From an uncultured Bacilli bacterium (GTDB lineage: Bacteria; Bacillota_I; Bacilli_A; RF39; UBA660): a stretch of DNA of 64,000 nt. The translations under genes were made by a program, and so were the position numbers. The stretch is from positions 48 to 64,047 of the forward strand of contig CALVON010000039.1 in NCBI GenBank assembly GCA_944350315.1, given 5' to 3'. Of the stretch, positions 49,156 through 59,900 are shown piece by piece (the stretch's first letter is position 1; the number at the start of each line of letters is the position of its first letter). Under the pieces are notes generated by a model. That model saw only the letters and a list, made by a program, of their open reading frames with translations. It made no database searches and had not been told where the DNA came from.

Positions 49156-50928
49156 ATGAACAAAGGTATCGAGTTGACTTTGCTTTCGGCAGAAGAAATA
49201 TGGGGCAGTAAAAAATTAGGTGTATTAGAAAAATATAAAATAAAAGAAACGATTACAGATTTATGTATTTTAACAGGGTGCATATTGTGTGATGATACTA
49301 TAGATGTAGATAATTCTTTGCCTAGTAGCACTAGTTACTTTTGGACTAGAACAAGTGGCGCTGGTTATAACTGGTCAGTATCAAGTAACGGCCTCAAGTC
49401 CTACACAAACATTACTGGGCGTGCTATTGGTGTCCGCCCGATGCTATTACTATCACCAGATGTTTTTGAGGAAATTACTAAAAATAGAATAAAAGGATAT
49501 AATGATACCGAAGAGGTTCTATTTGGAGAGTATCCTCAATATGCACCTAGCTATGGCATTCAAAAAAAACTAGAAAGTGAATATCAAAATAATAAACTTT
49601 TTAAAACGGGAAGAAGTTATACATTCGATTCAGCAAAAATTGATGATTATAGTACCGGCTTTACTCCTGTAACTTATGAAGAATATGAATATCAAGGTAA
49701 AAGATATATTCGTGTAACGGCCAATTCTATTTATAATAATAATAAATTCAAACTTTCAAATGATATTAAATATTTGAATGGCGATTATGTTTGGTTGGAA
49801 GTATCCCCTGTATCATGGCTTATAGACGATGAGACACATTCACTTATCGCTAAAAAAGGGTTAGTTTCTGGAATCAGATTTAATAAAGAATGCTATGATG
49901 GGGATTTTTCTAAAACAGAAATGAAATCATATCTTGATAATTATATGTTAAGAGATTTATTTCAATCAGAACCTATTTTCAACAAAAATGATAAAAAAGT
50001 AAATTCATCAAGTCAAAAAGAACTATCTGAAATTGAAAAATTAATTAATCTCATATCTGAATATATCAAAGATATTCCTAATAAACAATTAATTATTGAT
50101 GAAGTAAATCAGTTAATTGAAGAATATAATCAAAAACTTAACAAAATAAATAATAGTAAAGAAATACTTGTTTTTGATACTGTAGATACTATTAAAAAAA
50201 GTATTAAAGCCAAGTTAATGCTTATTTTAGATAGAGTTAAAACATATTGTGAAATTAATAAAGTCTATCTTGAATTAATTGACTATATTGATAATGCCAT
50301 ATTATCACTTAATGGACAATCTTCTAAAAATATTGATGATAGTTTACTAAATGATTTAGGTGAAATTGGTAACATATGCTTAAATTATTTAGTAGATGAT
50401 AATCTAAAAGATAAATTTATTAGACTGTTTCAAGAAGAACAGGCTAAAATAAAAGATTATTTAACTAATATCCTCGCTAAAGAAATGACTACTGATAAAC
50501 CCAAGTATGATAGTAAAGAATCTTTTGAATTATATATTAGAGAAAAACTACATCCACTTTTAATAGAATTAAGTAATAAAGTTAATAGAAAAGATTTATT
50601 AACTGAAATAAAAACTAAAACTGTAGAAATTATGATAGGTATATATGAAAAAAGTGACAACCGAAGAATTTCTATATACTTAGAAGAAATAAATAGTACT
50701 TATAACAAAATAGCAACTTTAATTAGTTCATCAAATATAGACTCAGATTATCTTAAAGAGGCTGAAAGAATAATCGCTAAAAATTTAGATTATCTTGAAA
50801 AAGAAACTGATATCTGTAATGAATTAAGAAATATGTTACTAGCTTTATATGGTATCTTATTTGATATGGAAGAAACATTAAAAAATAAACAAGGAATAGA
50901 AAATAATTATATTAAAACACGACTTTAA
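49156..50928 (+). CDS. cytoplasmic protein with an N-terminal DUF6273-like domain and a long helical region
   Basis: LLSAEEI...YFWTRTSG...IGVRPMLLL matches the (F/L)LS.EE...WW.R(S/T)...GVRPA pattern. It is followed by about 330 aa of helical/coiled-coil sequence. No signal peptide. Confidence 0.5.
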   Translation: MNKGIELTLLSAEEIWGSKKLGVLEKYKIKETITDLCILTGCILCDDTIDVDNSLPSSTSYFWTRTSGAGYNWSVSSNGLKSYTNITGRAIGVRPMLLLSPDVFEEITKNRIKGYNDTEEVLFGEYPQYAPSYGIQKKLESEYQNNKLFKTGRSYTFDSAKIDDYSTGFTPVTYEEYEYQGKRYIRVTANSIYNNNKFKLSNDIKYLNGDYVWLEVSPVSWLIDDETHSLIAKKGLVSGIRFNKECYDGDFSKTEMKSYLDNYMLRDLFQSEPIFNKNDKKVNSSSQKELSEIEKLINLISEYIKDIPNKQLIIDEVNQLIEEYNQKLNKINNSKEILVFDTVDTIKKSIKAKLMLILDRVKTYCEINKVYLELIDYIDNAILSLNGQSSKNIDDSLLNDLGEIGNICLNYLVDDNLKDKFIRLFQEEQAKIKDYLTNILAKEMTTDKPKYDSKESFELYIREKLHPLLIELSNKVNRKDLLTEIKTKTVEIMIGIYEKSDNRRISIYLEEINSTYNKIATLISSSNIDSDYLKEAERIIAKNLDYLEKETDICNELRNMLLALYGILFDMEETLKNKQGIENNYIKTRL

Positions 50929-51051
50929 TAATATTATTATTTATAAACATAAATAAAAAATGTCTATTATCAACAATAAAATATAATAAAGAAATAATAC
51001 ACAAATATAAAACAATAAATCATTATATATTTATAATTTTGGAGGTATAAA

Positions 51052-51801
51052 ATGGATTATAAAGAAGAAATAAAAAAAGCATTAAATGATTTTAAAAGTC
51101 CTAAAACAATATATAAACAAATACCAAATATTTTAACATCAATAAGAGCTATTGGTGTAATACCAATTAATATTCTTTATTTTATTGGTAACATTAAAGG
51201 AGCTCTAATTACTAGTATATTTGTTTTTTTAACTGATTTCTTTGACGGAAAGATTGCTAGAAAATTTAATCTTACATCACCCTTTGGTGAAAAATTGGAT
51301 GCTTTTTGTGACAAAATAATGTATTTAGGACTATCACTTCCACTAATCATAAATTTTCCTATACTAGTTATTAACTTATTTCTAGAATGTTCAATAGCCA
51401 CTACAAACTACATTAAATATAAAAAAGGTTATAAAATTAAAACTAATTTTATAGGAAAAATAAAAACTTGGTTTTTATCAAGTACTTTAGCTATTGGTTA
51501 TCTATCATTACTTTTAAATCTTCCTATCGAAGTTTTATATTCCTTTGTTATGGCTACAACAATTTCCCAAGCTGCAGCACTAAGTAAATATTTAAATAAC
51601 GATATAAAAAGAGAGAAAATACCAAATCAAAGTGAAAAATTACTATCTCAAACAGATTTTTCTACTGAAGAGAATACACCTAAAAAAGCAATTGAAAAAG
51701 ACCAAACAGAAGATTATTCATTTGTCTTTGATCCAAATAAAATACCCAAAATAGAAGAATCTCTTCCAAATAATCCATATATAAAAGCAAGAAAAAAATA
51801 A
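51052..51801 (+). CDS. CDP-alcohol phosphatidyltransferase (PgsA-like) with a hydrophilic C-terminal tail
   Basis: The DFFDGKIARKFNLTSPFGEKLDAFCDK motif matches D-x2-DG-x2-AR-x8-G-x3-D-x3-D. Confidence 0.8.
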   Translation: MDYKEEIKKALNDFKSPKTIYKQIPNILTSIRAIGVIPINILYFIGNIKGALITSIFVFLTDFFDGKIARKFNLTSPFGEKLDAFCDKIMYLGLSLPLIINFPILVINLFLECSIATTNYIKYKKGYKIKTNFIGKIKTWFLSSTLAIGYLSLLLNLPIEVLYSFVMATTISQAAALSKYLNNDIKREKIPNQSEKLLSQTDFSTEENTPKKAIEKDQTEDYSFVFDPNKIPKIEESLPNNPYIKARKK

Positions 51802-51820
51802 GCCCAAAACTTATTTTTTT

Positions 51821-52744
51821 TTATCTATACTCAGCCTTTATCATCTTTGCGTGAATAACAATTCTCTTAGTACCATCATCCGTACAAGTAGATAAAGTTA
51901 AAATTTTATCATTACTACTAACATCCTCATTAAAATTATAAATACTTCTATTTTTTATCGTTTCTACAAAAATTTCATGCTCTTCATCTGACTCAAAATA
52001 AGTCTTTAAATAATATACCTCTGGTTTAATCGTATATATAGAAAATATTTTCCAAACAGTATTTGATTTAGGAGTAGATAATTTTATATACTGATTATCT
52101 TCATTCTTATACCAAGATTCTTTTAAGCACCATACTAAAGAACCAAACATTGATCTATCAGTCATATTATGTGCATAAATTATTGTGTTACTGCCAAAAT
52201 ATTCAAAGTCAGCTCTATAATCTGCATAAACCCATCCATTAATATTACTTTTCTTATAAAAATCATGTTTCAAATAATACTCATTATCATCATGTTGAAC
52301 TATCGAATAATTAACATTAGTATTATTGACTTTTATCCAGCCAACCGTTTCATTATTTTTATCAATTAAATCCTTAAAATCAACTGACATATAACTAATA
52401 TCAGCATATTTTTCTTCACCACTAGGAATAAATTCTTCTTTTGAAATATCCTCTTGTTTCTCATTTTCTAAAATTTCTGTACTAGCCAAAATGTCATCAG
52501 CTAAATAGTTAATTTTAAGCCTTTGAACATACCATCTTGAAGCATAAAAAATACAGATAAAATATACTCCCAAAGACAAAGTTAACATTAAAATAGGAAT
52601 AACTGGCTTACCTTTATACATAAATAAAGAACTCTTTTTCGGATCAAAAATACACATAATTCCTATAATAAGATACCTTGGTATAATAGTAATGACTGTA
52701 AATAGTCCTAAAAAAAACCATTTAAATACTTTTAGTAATTTCAC
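51821..52744 (-). CDS. srtB: class B sortase
   Basis: ETVGWIKV..TNVNYSIVQ..DNEYYL.HDF, YAHNM and LTLSTC motifs. Extended N-terminal membrane region. Confidence 0.85.
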   Translation of the reverse strand: MKLLKVFKWFFLGLFTVITIIPRYLIIGIMCIFDPKKSSLFMYKGKPVIPILMLTLSLGVYFICIFYASRWYVQRLKINYLADDILASTEILENEKQEDISKEEFIPSGEEKYADISYMSVDFKDLIDKNNETVGWIKVNNTNVNYSIVQHDDNEYYLKHDFYKKSNINGWVYADYRADFEYFGSNTIIYAHNMTDRSMFGSLVWCLKESWYKNEDNQYIKLSTPKSNTVWKIFSIYTIKPEVYYLKTYFESDEEHEIFVETIKNRSIYNFNEDVSSNDKILTLSTCTDDGTKRIVIHAKMIKAEYR

Positions 52745-52868
52745 TAACTACCCACCTCCGTATCATGAAATAAGTATACCATAAAATAACAAAAAAAGAT
52801 ATATTTACTTTGAAAATAAAACTTTTTGTTGTATAATATGGTTAGTTTAAGGAAGAAGGTGAGTTAGA

Positions 52869-53411
52869 GTGAATATTGAAGATATAAAAATCGGTGATAA
52901 GCTGCAAATTCATTGTTACAAACATGATGGATCTCTTCATAGAAAATGGGATGAAGCCGTTGTTTTAGATATTAAAGATAATTATCTAGTATTTGGTAAC
53001 AATAAAACAACCGTAATAGATTCAGACGGCAAAATATGGAAAACAAGAGAACCCGCAGTGATGTTTTTTTATAAAGATAGATGGTTTAATATTATAGGCC
53101 AATTAAAAGAGTATGGAATATATTTTTACTGTAATATTGCTACCCCAGTTTTAATTGATAATAAAATAATTAAATATATAGATTATGACCTAGATTTAAG
53201 AGTATTTCCTAATGGTAGTTTTAAAATATTAGATCGTATGGAATATAAATATCATAAAAAGCAGATGCACTATTCTAATCGTTTAGATTTTATTCTTAAA
53301 TATGAACTTGGAAACTTAATAGATATGGCAAGAACCAAAGAAATGCCATTTGATAAAGAAACGATAAACAAATATTATCAAAAGTATGTAGAATTAACTG
53401 AAGAACAATAA
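52869..53411 (+). CDS. DUF402 nucleoside tri/diphosphatase (Ntdp/YgaC-like)
   Basis: GTG start after AAGGTGAG. I..YKHDG.LHR.W and DYDLD motifs. Confidence 0.7.
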   Translation: MNIEDIKIGDKLQIHCYKHDGSLHRKWDEAVVLDIKDNYLVFGNNKTTVIDSDGKIWKTREPAVMFFYKDRWFNIIGQLKEYGIYFYCNIATPVLIDNKIIKYIDYDLDLRVFPNGSFKILDRMEYKYHKKQMHYSNRLDFILKYELGNLIDMARTKEMPFDKETINKYYQKYVELTEEQ

Positions 53412-53505
53412 CTTGTTCTTTTATCTATCTAAAAACTAAAAAGTACTTGATTATAATTATTAATCTTTGATATAATAATTTAGAAGATAAGAAAGGAAGA
53501 ATTTT

Positions 53506-53955
53506 ATGGAAGAATACAAAATAACAATGCATAATGAAGAAGACACAATCGCGTTTGCACAAAATTTAGAATCAGAAAAATTTCCTAATATGGTTATTTG
53601 TTTGTATGGAGAATTAGGTAGTGGAAAAACCGTTTTTGCTAAAGCTTTTGCTCATGCAATGGGAATTGACGGAGTAACTTCTAGTACCTTTAATATAATT
53701 AAAGAATATAATGGAGAATTACCATTATATCATATGGATGTTTATCGAATTGAAAATAATGCTGACAACTTAGGAATTGAAGAATATTTTGAAAAAGGAG
53801 GAGTAACCATTATCGAATGGGCTGATCTTATTAAAGATTATCTTCCTGAAGAAAGACTAGATATTAAATTCAAAGTTATTGATGAAAATACTAGAGTATT
53901 ACTATTAAAAGCCTATGGTGATGATTACATAAGAGCTTGTGAGGATATATTATGA
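53506..53955 (+). CDS. tsaE: tRNA t6A37 biosynthesis ATPase TsaE
   Basis: LYGELGSGKT P-loop. 149 aa. Confidence 0.9.
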   Translation: MEEYKITMHNEEDTIAFAQNLESEKFPNMVICLYGELGSGKTVFAKAFAHAMGIDGVTSSTFNIIKEYNGELPLYHMDVYRIENNADNLGIEEYFEKGGVTIIEWADLIKDYLPEERLDIKFKVIDENTRVLLLKAYGDDYIRACEDIL

Positions 53956-54578
53956 TTAGTTTATTTATAGATACATCTTTATCAAGTGTATCTATTTCTG
54001 TTATTAAAGATAATGAAATTTTATCATTAATTAAAAAAGATATTCCTAATATGCATTCTATATATACAACTAGTTATTTAAAAAAAGCCTTAGATGATGC
54101 TAATATTAACCCTTTAGAAGTAGATAATATCTATATCGTTAATGGCCCAGGTTCATTTACGGGCTTAAGAATAGGAGTAACAATTGCTAAAACTTATGGA
54201 CACTTAATAGATAAAAACTTAACTCCAGTATCTACTTTAAAAGCAATTGCTATAAGTAGTGATTATAGAGGGATCATTATGAGTGTTATTAAAGCTAATA
54301 AAAGTAATTATTATGTAGGAGTATATGATAAAAATTATCAAAATGTTATTGAAGAGAAGTTTACTAATGAGTCTAATTTAATGGATTTAATAAATAAATA
54401 TCACCCATACATTGTAACAACAGAAGATATTAATATTAATAGCATACAAATAAATAAAATTAATCTCGATATTTTAAAAATAATTAATTATTATCAAGAT
54501 AAAGAAAAAGTAAATTACTATGCCTTAGTTCCTAATTATTTGAAACAACCACAAGCAGTGGAAGATAAAAAGGATTAA
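53952..54578 (+). CDS. tsaB: tRNA t6A37 biosynthesis protein TsaB
   Basis: IDTSLSSVSISV and NGPGSFTGLRIG motifs. Confidence 0.88.
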   Translation: MISLFIDTSLSSVSISVIKDNEILSLIKKDIPNMHSIYTTSYLKKALDDANINPLEVDNIYIVNGPGSFTGLRIGVTIAKTYGHLIDKNLTPVSTLKAIAISSDYRGIIMSVIKANKSNYYVGVYDKNYQNVIEEKFTNESNLMDLINKYHPYIVTTEDININSIQINKINLDILKIINYYQDKEKVNYYALVPNYLKQPQAVEDKKD

Positions 54579-54581
54579 TAA

Positions 54582-54935
54582 ATGATTGAAGAGAAAGATA
54601 TTATTTCTATAAATCCTTTCAGTAGAAAAATTATTTATATAGAAAATGATCAAGAACTAGGATTTCTTGAATATTCCCTCATATATGACCGTATAGAAAT
54701 AGATAATATTATGGTCAACGAAGAATATCGTAATCTTGGAATAGGGACTAAATTAATGGCATATTTAGTAAGTCAAGCCATCTCACTTAGAGTAATAAAC
54801 ATTACATTAGAAGTAAGAGTAAGTAACCAAACTGCTATTAATCTTTATAAAAAATTTGGCTTTAGAGAAGTTGCTTTAAGAAAATATTATTATGGAGACG
54901 AAGATGGTATATTAATGGAAAAACAGGTGATGTAA
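54582..54935 (+). CDS. rimI: GNAT acetyltransferase, RimI-like (short)
   Basis: The V..EYRN.GIG..L motif, plus its position between tsaB and tsaD. Confidence 0.75.
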   Translation: MIEEKDIISINPFSRKIIYIENDQELGFLEYSLIYDRIEIDNIMVNEEYRNLGIGTKLMAYLVSQAISLRVINITLEVRVSNQTAINLYKKFGFREVALRKYYYGDEDGILMEKQVM

Positions 54936-54936
54936 A

Positions 54937-55950
54937 ATGAAAGATATTTATTGCCTTGCAATAGAATCGTCATGTGATGAAACAAGTATGAGTATTATCA
55001 AAAATGGTACTGAAGAAATAGCTACTGTTACTAATACCCAAATAGATATTCATAAAGAATTTGGTGGAGTAGTACCTGAAGTAGCTAGTCGTAGTCATAT
55101 TGAAAATATTACTATTGTTTTATCAGAATTATTAGAAAAAAGTCATATGAAAATAGATGATATTGATATTATCGGAGTAACTTATGGCCCGGGATTAATT
55201 GGATCATTACTAATTGGTCTTCAGTGTGCTAAAACAATATCTTTAGTAACTAATAAACCCCTAATACCAGTTCATCATATTAAAGGCCATATCTATGCTA
55301 ATAACTTAGAAAAAAGGCTAACATTTCCTCTTATTGCTTTAGTAGTATCTGGAGGACATACTGAATTAGTTTATATGAAAGAAGACTATTCATTTGAAAA
55401 AATAGGTGGTACTCTAGATGATGCTATTGGAGAGGCTTATGATAAAGTAGCTAAAATATGCGGCCTTGACTATCCTGGTGGCCCAATTGTAGATAAATTA
55501 GCTAAACTAGGAAAAGATACCTATGATTTACCATATCCACTAAATGATGATAGCTATAATTTTAGTTTTAGTGGTATTAAATCAGCCGTAGTAAATTTAG
55601 TTCATAATGAAAAACAACGGGGAAATAATATAAGAATAAATGACATATGTACATCATTTCAAAATAGATGTATTGAGGTTTTAACAAAAAAAACTATGAA
55701 AGCCTTAAAAGAATATAAAGTTAATAATCTAGTATTAGCTGGCGGAGTAGCAGCCAATAGCTATTTAAGAGAAAAATTAACTAAAGAATGTCAAAAAGAA
55801 AAAATTAATTTTAGTTATCCAAGCATGAAATATTGTACTGACAATGCTGCTATGATTGGAGCGGCCGCCTATTATGCTTACAAAAAAGGAATAGTTGCCA
55901 ACCTAGAATTGAATGCCAAAGCCGTAGTCGATTTATATAATGAAAAATAA
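54937..55950 (+). CDS. tsaD: tRNA N6-adenosine threonylcarbamoyltransferase TsaD
   Basis: IESSCDETS, HH.KGH and LAGGVAAN motifs. Confidence 0.94.
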   Translation: MKDIYCLAIESSCDETSMSIIKNGTEEIATVTNTQIDIHKEFGGVVPEVASRSHIENITIVLSELLEKSHMKIDDIDIIGVTYGPGLIGSLLIGLQCAKTISLVTNKPLIPVHHIKGHIYANNLEKRLTFPLIALVVSGGHTELVYMKEDYSFEKIGGTLDDAIGEAYDKVAKICGLDYPGGPIVDKLAKLGKDTYDLPYPLNDDSYNFSFSGIKSAVVNLVHNEKQRGNNIRINDICTSFQNRCIEVLTKKTMKALKEYKVNNLVLAGGVAANSYLREKLTKECQKEKINFSYPSMKYCTDNAAMIGAAAYYAYKKGIVANLELNAKAVVDLYNEK

Positions 55951-55983
55951 TTATAAAAATTATCTAAAAAAATATACTTTAGT

Positions 55984-56340
55984 ATGAAACAAGATAAATT
56001 AAAAGAACTAAAAAGTTTAGATAATGATAATATTGTCTGGATTATATTTATAATATTATCTCTTTTAAACATAAATGCCGATAATCATCAAAAAAAATAT
56101 ATAATAACAAATAATTATAATGAAAAAGAAAAAGCAGATAATATTTTTAAATTTACTATTATTATCAGTATTATTATCTATCTATTTATATTTAATAAAA
56201 ATTATAGTTCTTATCAAAAGTCATCAAACAAAGAACTATCAATTATAAAACTATCAAGTACTATTTTCTTTATACTAGGAGGATTATGTCTTTTATACTA
56301 TGAAGAAAATAAATACAGTGAGGAAAGAAAAAATGAATGA
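55984..56340 (+). CDS. small membrane protein
   Basis: 118 aa with three hydrophobic segments. Confidence 0.4.
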   Translation: MKQDKLKELKSLDNDNIVWIIFIILSLLNINADNHQKKYIITNNYNEKEKADNIFKFTIIISIIIYLFIFNKNYSSYQKSSNKELSIIKLSSTIFFILGGLCLLYYEENKYSEERKNE

Positions 56341-56815
56341 AAATATTAAAAAAATAATTGAAATATTAACTAAAAAGAATAAAACAATATCAACAATGGA
56401 ATCATGTACAGGGGGATGTCTGGTTAACAGTATTACAAATATTGAAGGATCTAGTGAAGTCTTAAAATTTAGTGCAGTGACTTATTCTAATGAATATAAA
56501 ATAAAAATGGGAGTAAATAAAGAAATAATAGATAAATATACTGTCTATAGTATTGAAACTGCTAAAGAAATGAGTAAAAATATAAGTATGTATACTAATT
56601 CAAATTATGGTATTGGTATTACTGGTAAATTAAATAGAGTAGATAAAAATAATTTATATGGTGAAAATAATATTGTATATGTAAGCATTTATGATAAAGA
56701 TAATGATAAATATTATAATATTACTATTGAAGTAGATAAAAATACTAGAGAAAAAAATAAAGAAATGGTTATTTTAGAAGTATCAAAAATTTTACTAAAA
56801 ATAATAAATTTATAA
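56333..56815 (+). CDS. CinA C-terminal domain / nicotinamide-nucleotide amidohydrolase PncC-like
   Basis: The ATG at 56333 gives ...ISTMESCTGGCLVNSITNIEGSS..F..AVTYSNE.K. Confidence 0.75.
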   Translation: MNENIKKIIEILTKKNKTISTMESCTGGCLVNSITNIEGSSEVLKFSAVTYSNEYKIKMGVNKEIIDKYTVYSIETAKEMSKNISMYTNSNYGIGITGKLNRVDKNNLYGENNIVYVSIYDKDNDKYYNITIEVDKNTREKNKEMVILEVSKILLKIINL

Positions 56816-56901
56816 ATATAAATTTAGATAAAGAAGTATTGTAAAAGATACTTTTTTTTGTTATAATCAAATAGAAGATAAATAACCTAGGAGCTGATAT
56901 T

Positions 56902-59900
56902 ATGAAAAAAGAAAATAATAATCAAAAGGAAATAAATAAAGAAAATAAAATTAATAAATTAGGTAAAAAAAGTATCATAATAACTATATTTAGTATATTA
57001 TTAGTAACTATTATTGGAACAGCTGCTTGGCTTACATGGAGAAGTAATGATACGGCTTTAGTACTTACTATTGGTGATTTAAATACAGCTCAGGTTATAT
57101 TAAAACCATATAAAATAAATACCGAAATATTACCAGTAAATAGTTATGAAAATGAACTATATACTGATGTAGAAGCAATAAATAGCAGTTCTACATCTAA
57201 AAAAATAAAACTATTTTATAGAATTACTAATATTGATGAAGAACTAATAACTGAAGATTTTAAATATACTATAACAAGAAGTACTGATAATGGATCAACC
57301 TATGAAGAATATCAATCAGGAAATTTTTCAACCGCTCAAAATAATCAAGATTTCTATATCTTAAAAGAAAATATTCCCGGTAATACGACATATAAATATA
57401 AAGTATATATATGGTTAGATGGAAGTAATGGTAATCAAACAGAAGTACAAGGTAAAAAATTTGAAGGAGAACTTAGAGCAGAAATATTAAATGGAAGTGA
57501 TGTAGTAGTAGATTTACCAGATGGATTAATTCCAATAACTTATGATGTATCAGGAAATAATACCATTGTTAAAACTATAGATAGTACTAATAGTAGTTGG
57601 TATGACTATGATGAACAACTATGGGCTAATGGTGTATTAGTAACCGAGTCATCAAGAAATACATATTTAAACACATCTGGAGTAACTATTCCAGAATCAG
57701 ATATTTTAGCATATTATGTCTACATACCAAGATATAAATATAAAATATGGACAACTGAAGAAAGCAGTACAGGAGAAGAACAAGAAATAGAAATAATCTT
57801 TGAAAATACATCCATGACAAAATCACAAGGAACTCAAGTCGGAGAATATATTACTCATCCAGCCTTTACTTTTGGAAGTAATGAAGTAAATGGTATCTGG
57901 GTAGGAAAGTTTGAAACAACTGGAACTGAAGAAACTCCTACGGTAAAACCAGATGTGACATCGCTAAGAAATCAAAATGTATCAACTCAATTTCAAACAG
58001 CCTTAAAATTTGCTGGTGGAACAATGGCTGATGACGGAAGTGTGACATTTTCTGGTTCATCAACATATGGACTAGATAGCAACATTGACAGTCACATGAT
58101 GAAAAATAGTGAATGGGGGGCAGTAGCTTACTTATCACATTCTAAATATGGATTAAATAGTGAAGTATATATTAATAATTCATCTGGATGTTATACTGGA
58201 AGAAGTGGTGGAAATGTTGGTGGAAGTACCCCAATAAATGGAACATATCCTGATCAAACATCAATAGTTGAAAAAAACACATATGGCTTTTATACTTGGG
58301 ATGGCTACTTATTAAATTATAATACCAATACCAAATCATCAACAAGAGATTTAACAAAAGTAGCAAGTACCACAGGAAATATTACTGGAGTATATGACAT
58401 GTCTGGAGGAGCATATGAATATGTAATGGGAAATTATAATAATACTATTTCCTCAAGTGGGTTTACGGTAATGCCAAGCAGTAAATATTATGATTTATAT
58501 ACTTCAACAAATAGATTAACTTCGTGTAATGGAGGAGTATGCTTTGGACATGGAATTTCAGAAACTAGCTTTTGGTATGAAGATTCAGCAACTTTTTTTG
58601 TTTCATTATATTCATGGTTAGCAAGAAGTTCTGCTTACGATAAAGGAGTTATTTCTGGTACATTTCATTACAGTGCAACACAAGGCACACAACAAACATG
58701 GCAAGGATTCCGTTCCGTATTAGTAAAAGCTCCATATAGTGATCCAATATTAAATGGCTCAGATCCAGTACTTGATGAAGGAATAATCCCAATAACATTT
58801 GATGTATCAGGCGATAATACCATAATAAAAACTGCAGGCTTATATGATGAATGGTATAACTATTCTAATCAAGAATGGGCAAATGCAATATTAGTAACTG
58901 AAGAGTCAAGAGATACATATCTAGGAACATCTGGAGTAGAAGTAAATCAATCAGATATCTTAGCATATCTAGTATGGATACCAAGATATAAATATAAGAT
59001 ATGGACGCTATCTGAAAGTAGTACAGGTCAAGAACAAGAAATAGAAATCGTATTTGAATCAAAAGATGAAATATCAACAGGCACTCAAGTAGGAGAATAT
59101 ATAACTCATCCAGCATTCTGGTGGGATGATGATAGTGATGGGGTAAGAGAAGAAGAAGAAGAATTATCAGGCATTTGGGTAGGAAAGTTTGAAACAACAG
59201 GAGATGCCACAACGCCGACGGTATTACCGGATGTTACTTCGCTAAGAAGTCAATCTGTATCAACTCAATTTAAAACAGCCTTAAAATTTGCCGGTGGAAC
59301 AATGGCGGACGATGGAAGTGTAACCTTTACTGGTTCATCAACTTATGGGTTAACAGCTAATACCGACAGTCATACGATGAAAAATAGTGAATGGGGCGCG
59401 GTTGCTTATTTATCACATTCAAAATATGGCGTAAATAGAGAGGTATATATAAATAATAGTAGTGGTTATTATACTGGAAGAAGTGGTGGAAATGTAGGTG
59501 GTAGTACTCCGATAAATGGAATATATTCTGATCAATCATCAACAACACAATATAACACATATGGTTTTTATACCTGGGATGGATACTTATTAAATTATAA
59601 TACCAATACCAAATCATCAACAAGAGATTTAACCAAAGTAGCCAGTACAACAGGAAATATTATGGGAGTATATGATATGTCTGGAGGTGCGACTGAATAT
59701 GTAATGGGAAATTTAAATAAAAAAAGCATGGGAGATAATTTTAACCCATTTCCTAGTCAAAAATATTATGATTTATATACGACAATAAGCAGTTTAACTG
59801 CCTGTAATGGTGGAGTATGTTTTGGGCATGCTTTGTCAGAGGTAAGTTTGTGGCATAGTGATGGTGGTGAAATTGATGATGGTAATGGTCCGTGGTTTCT

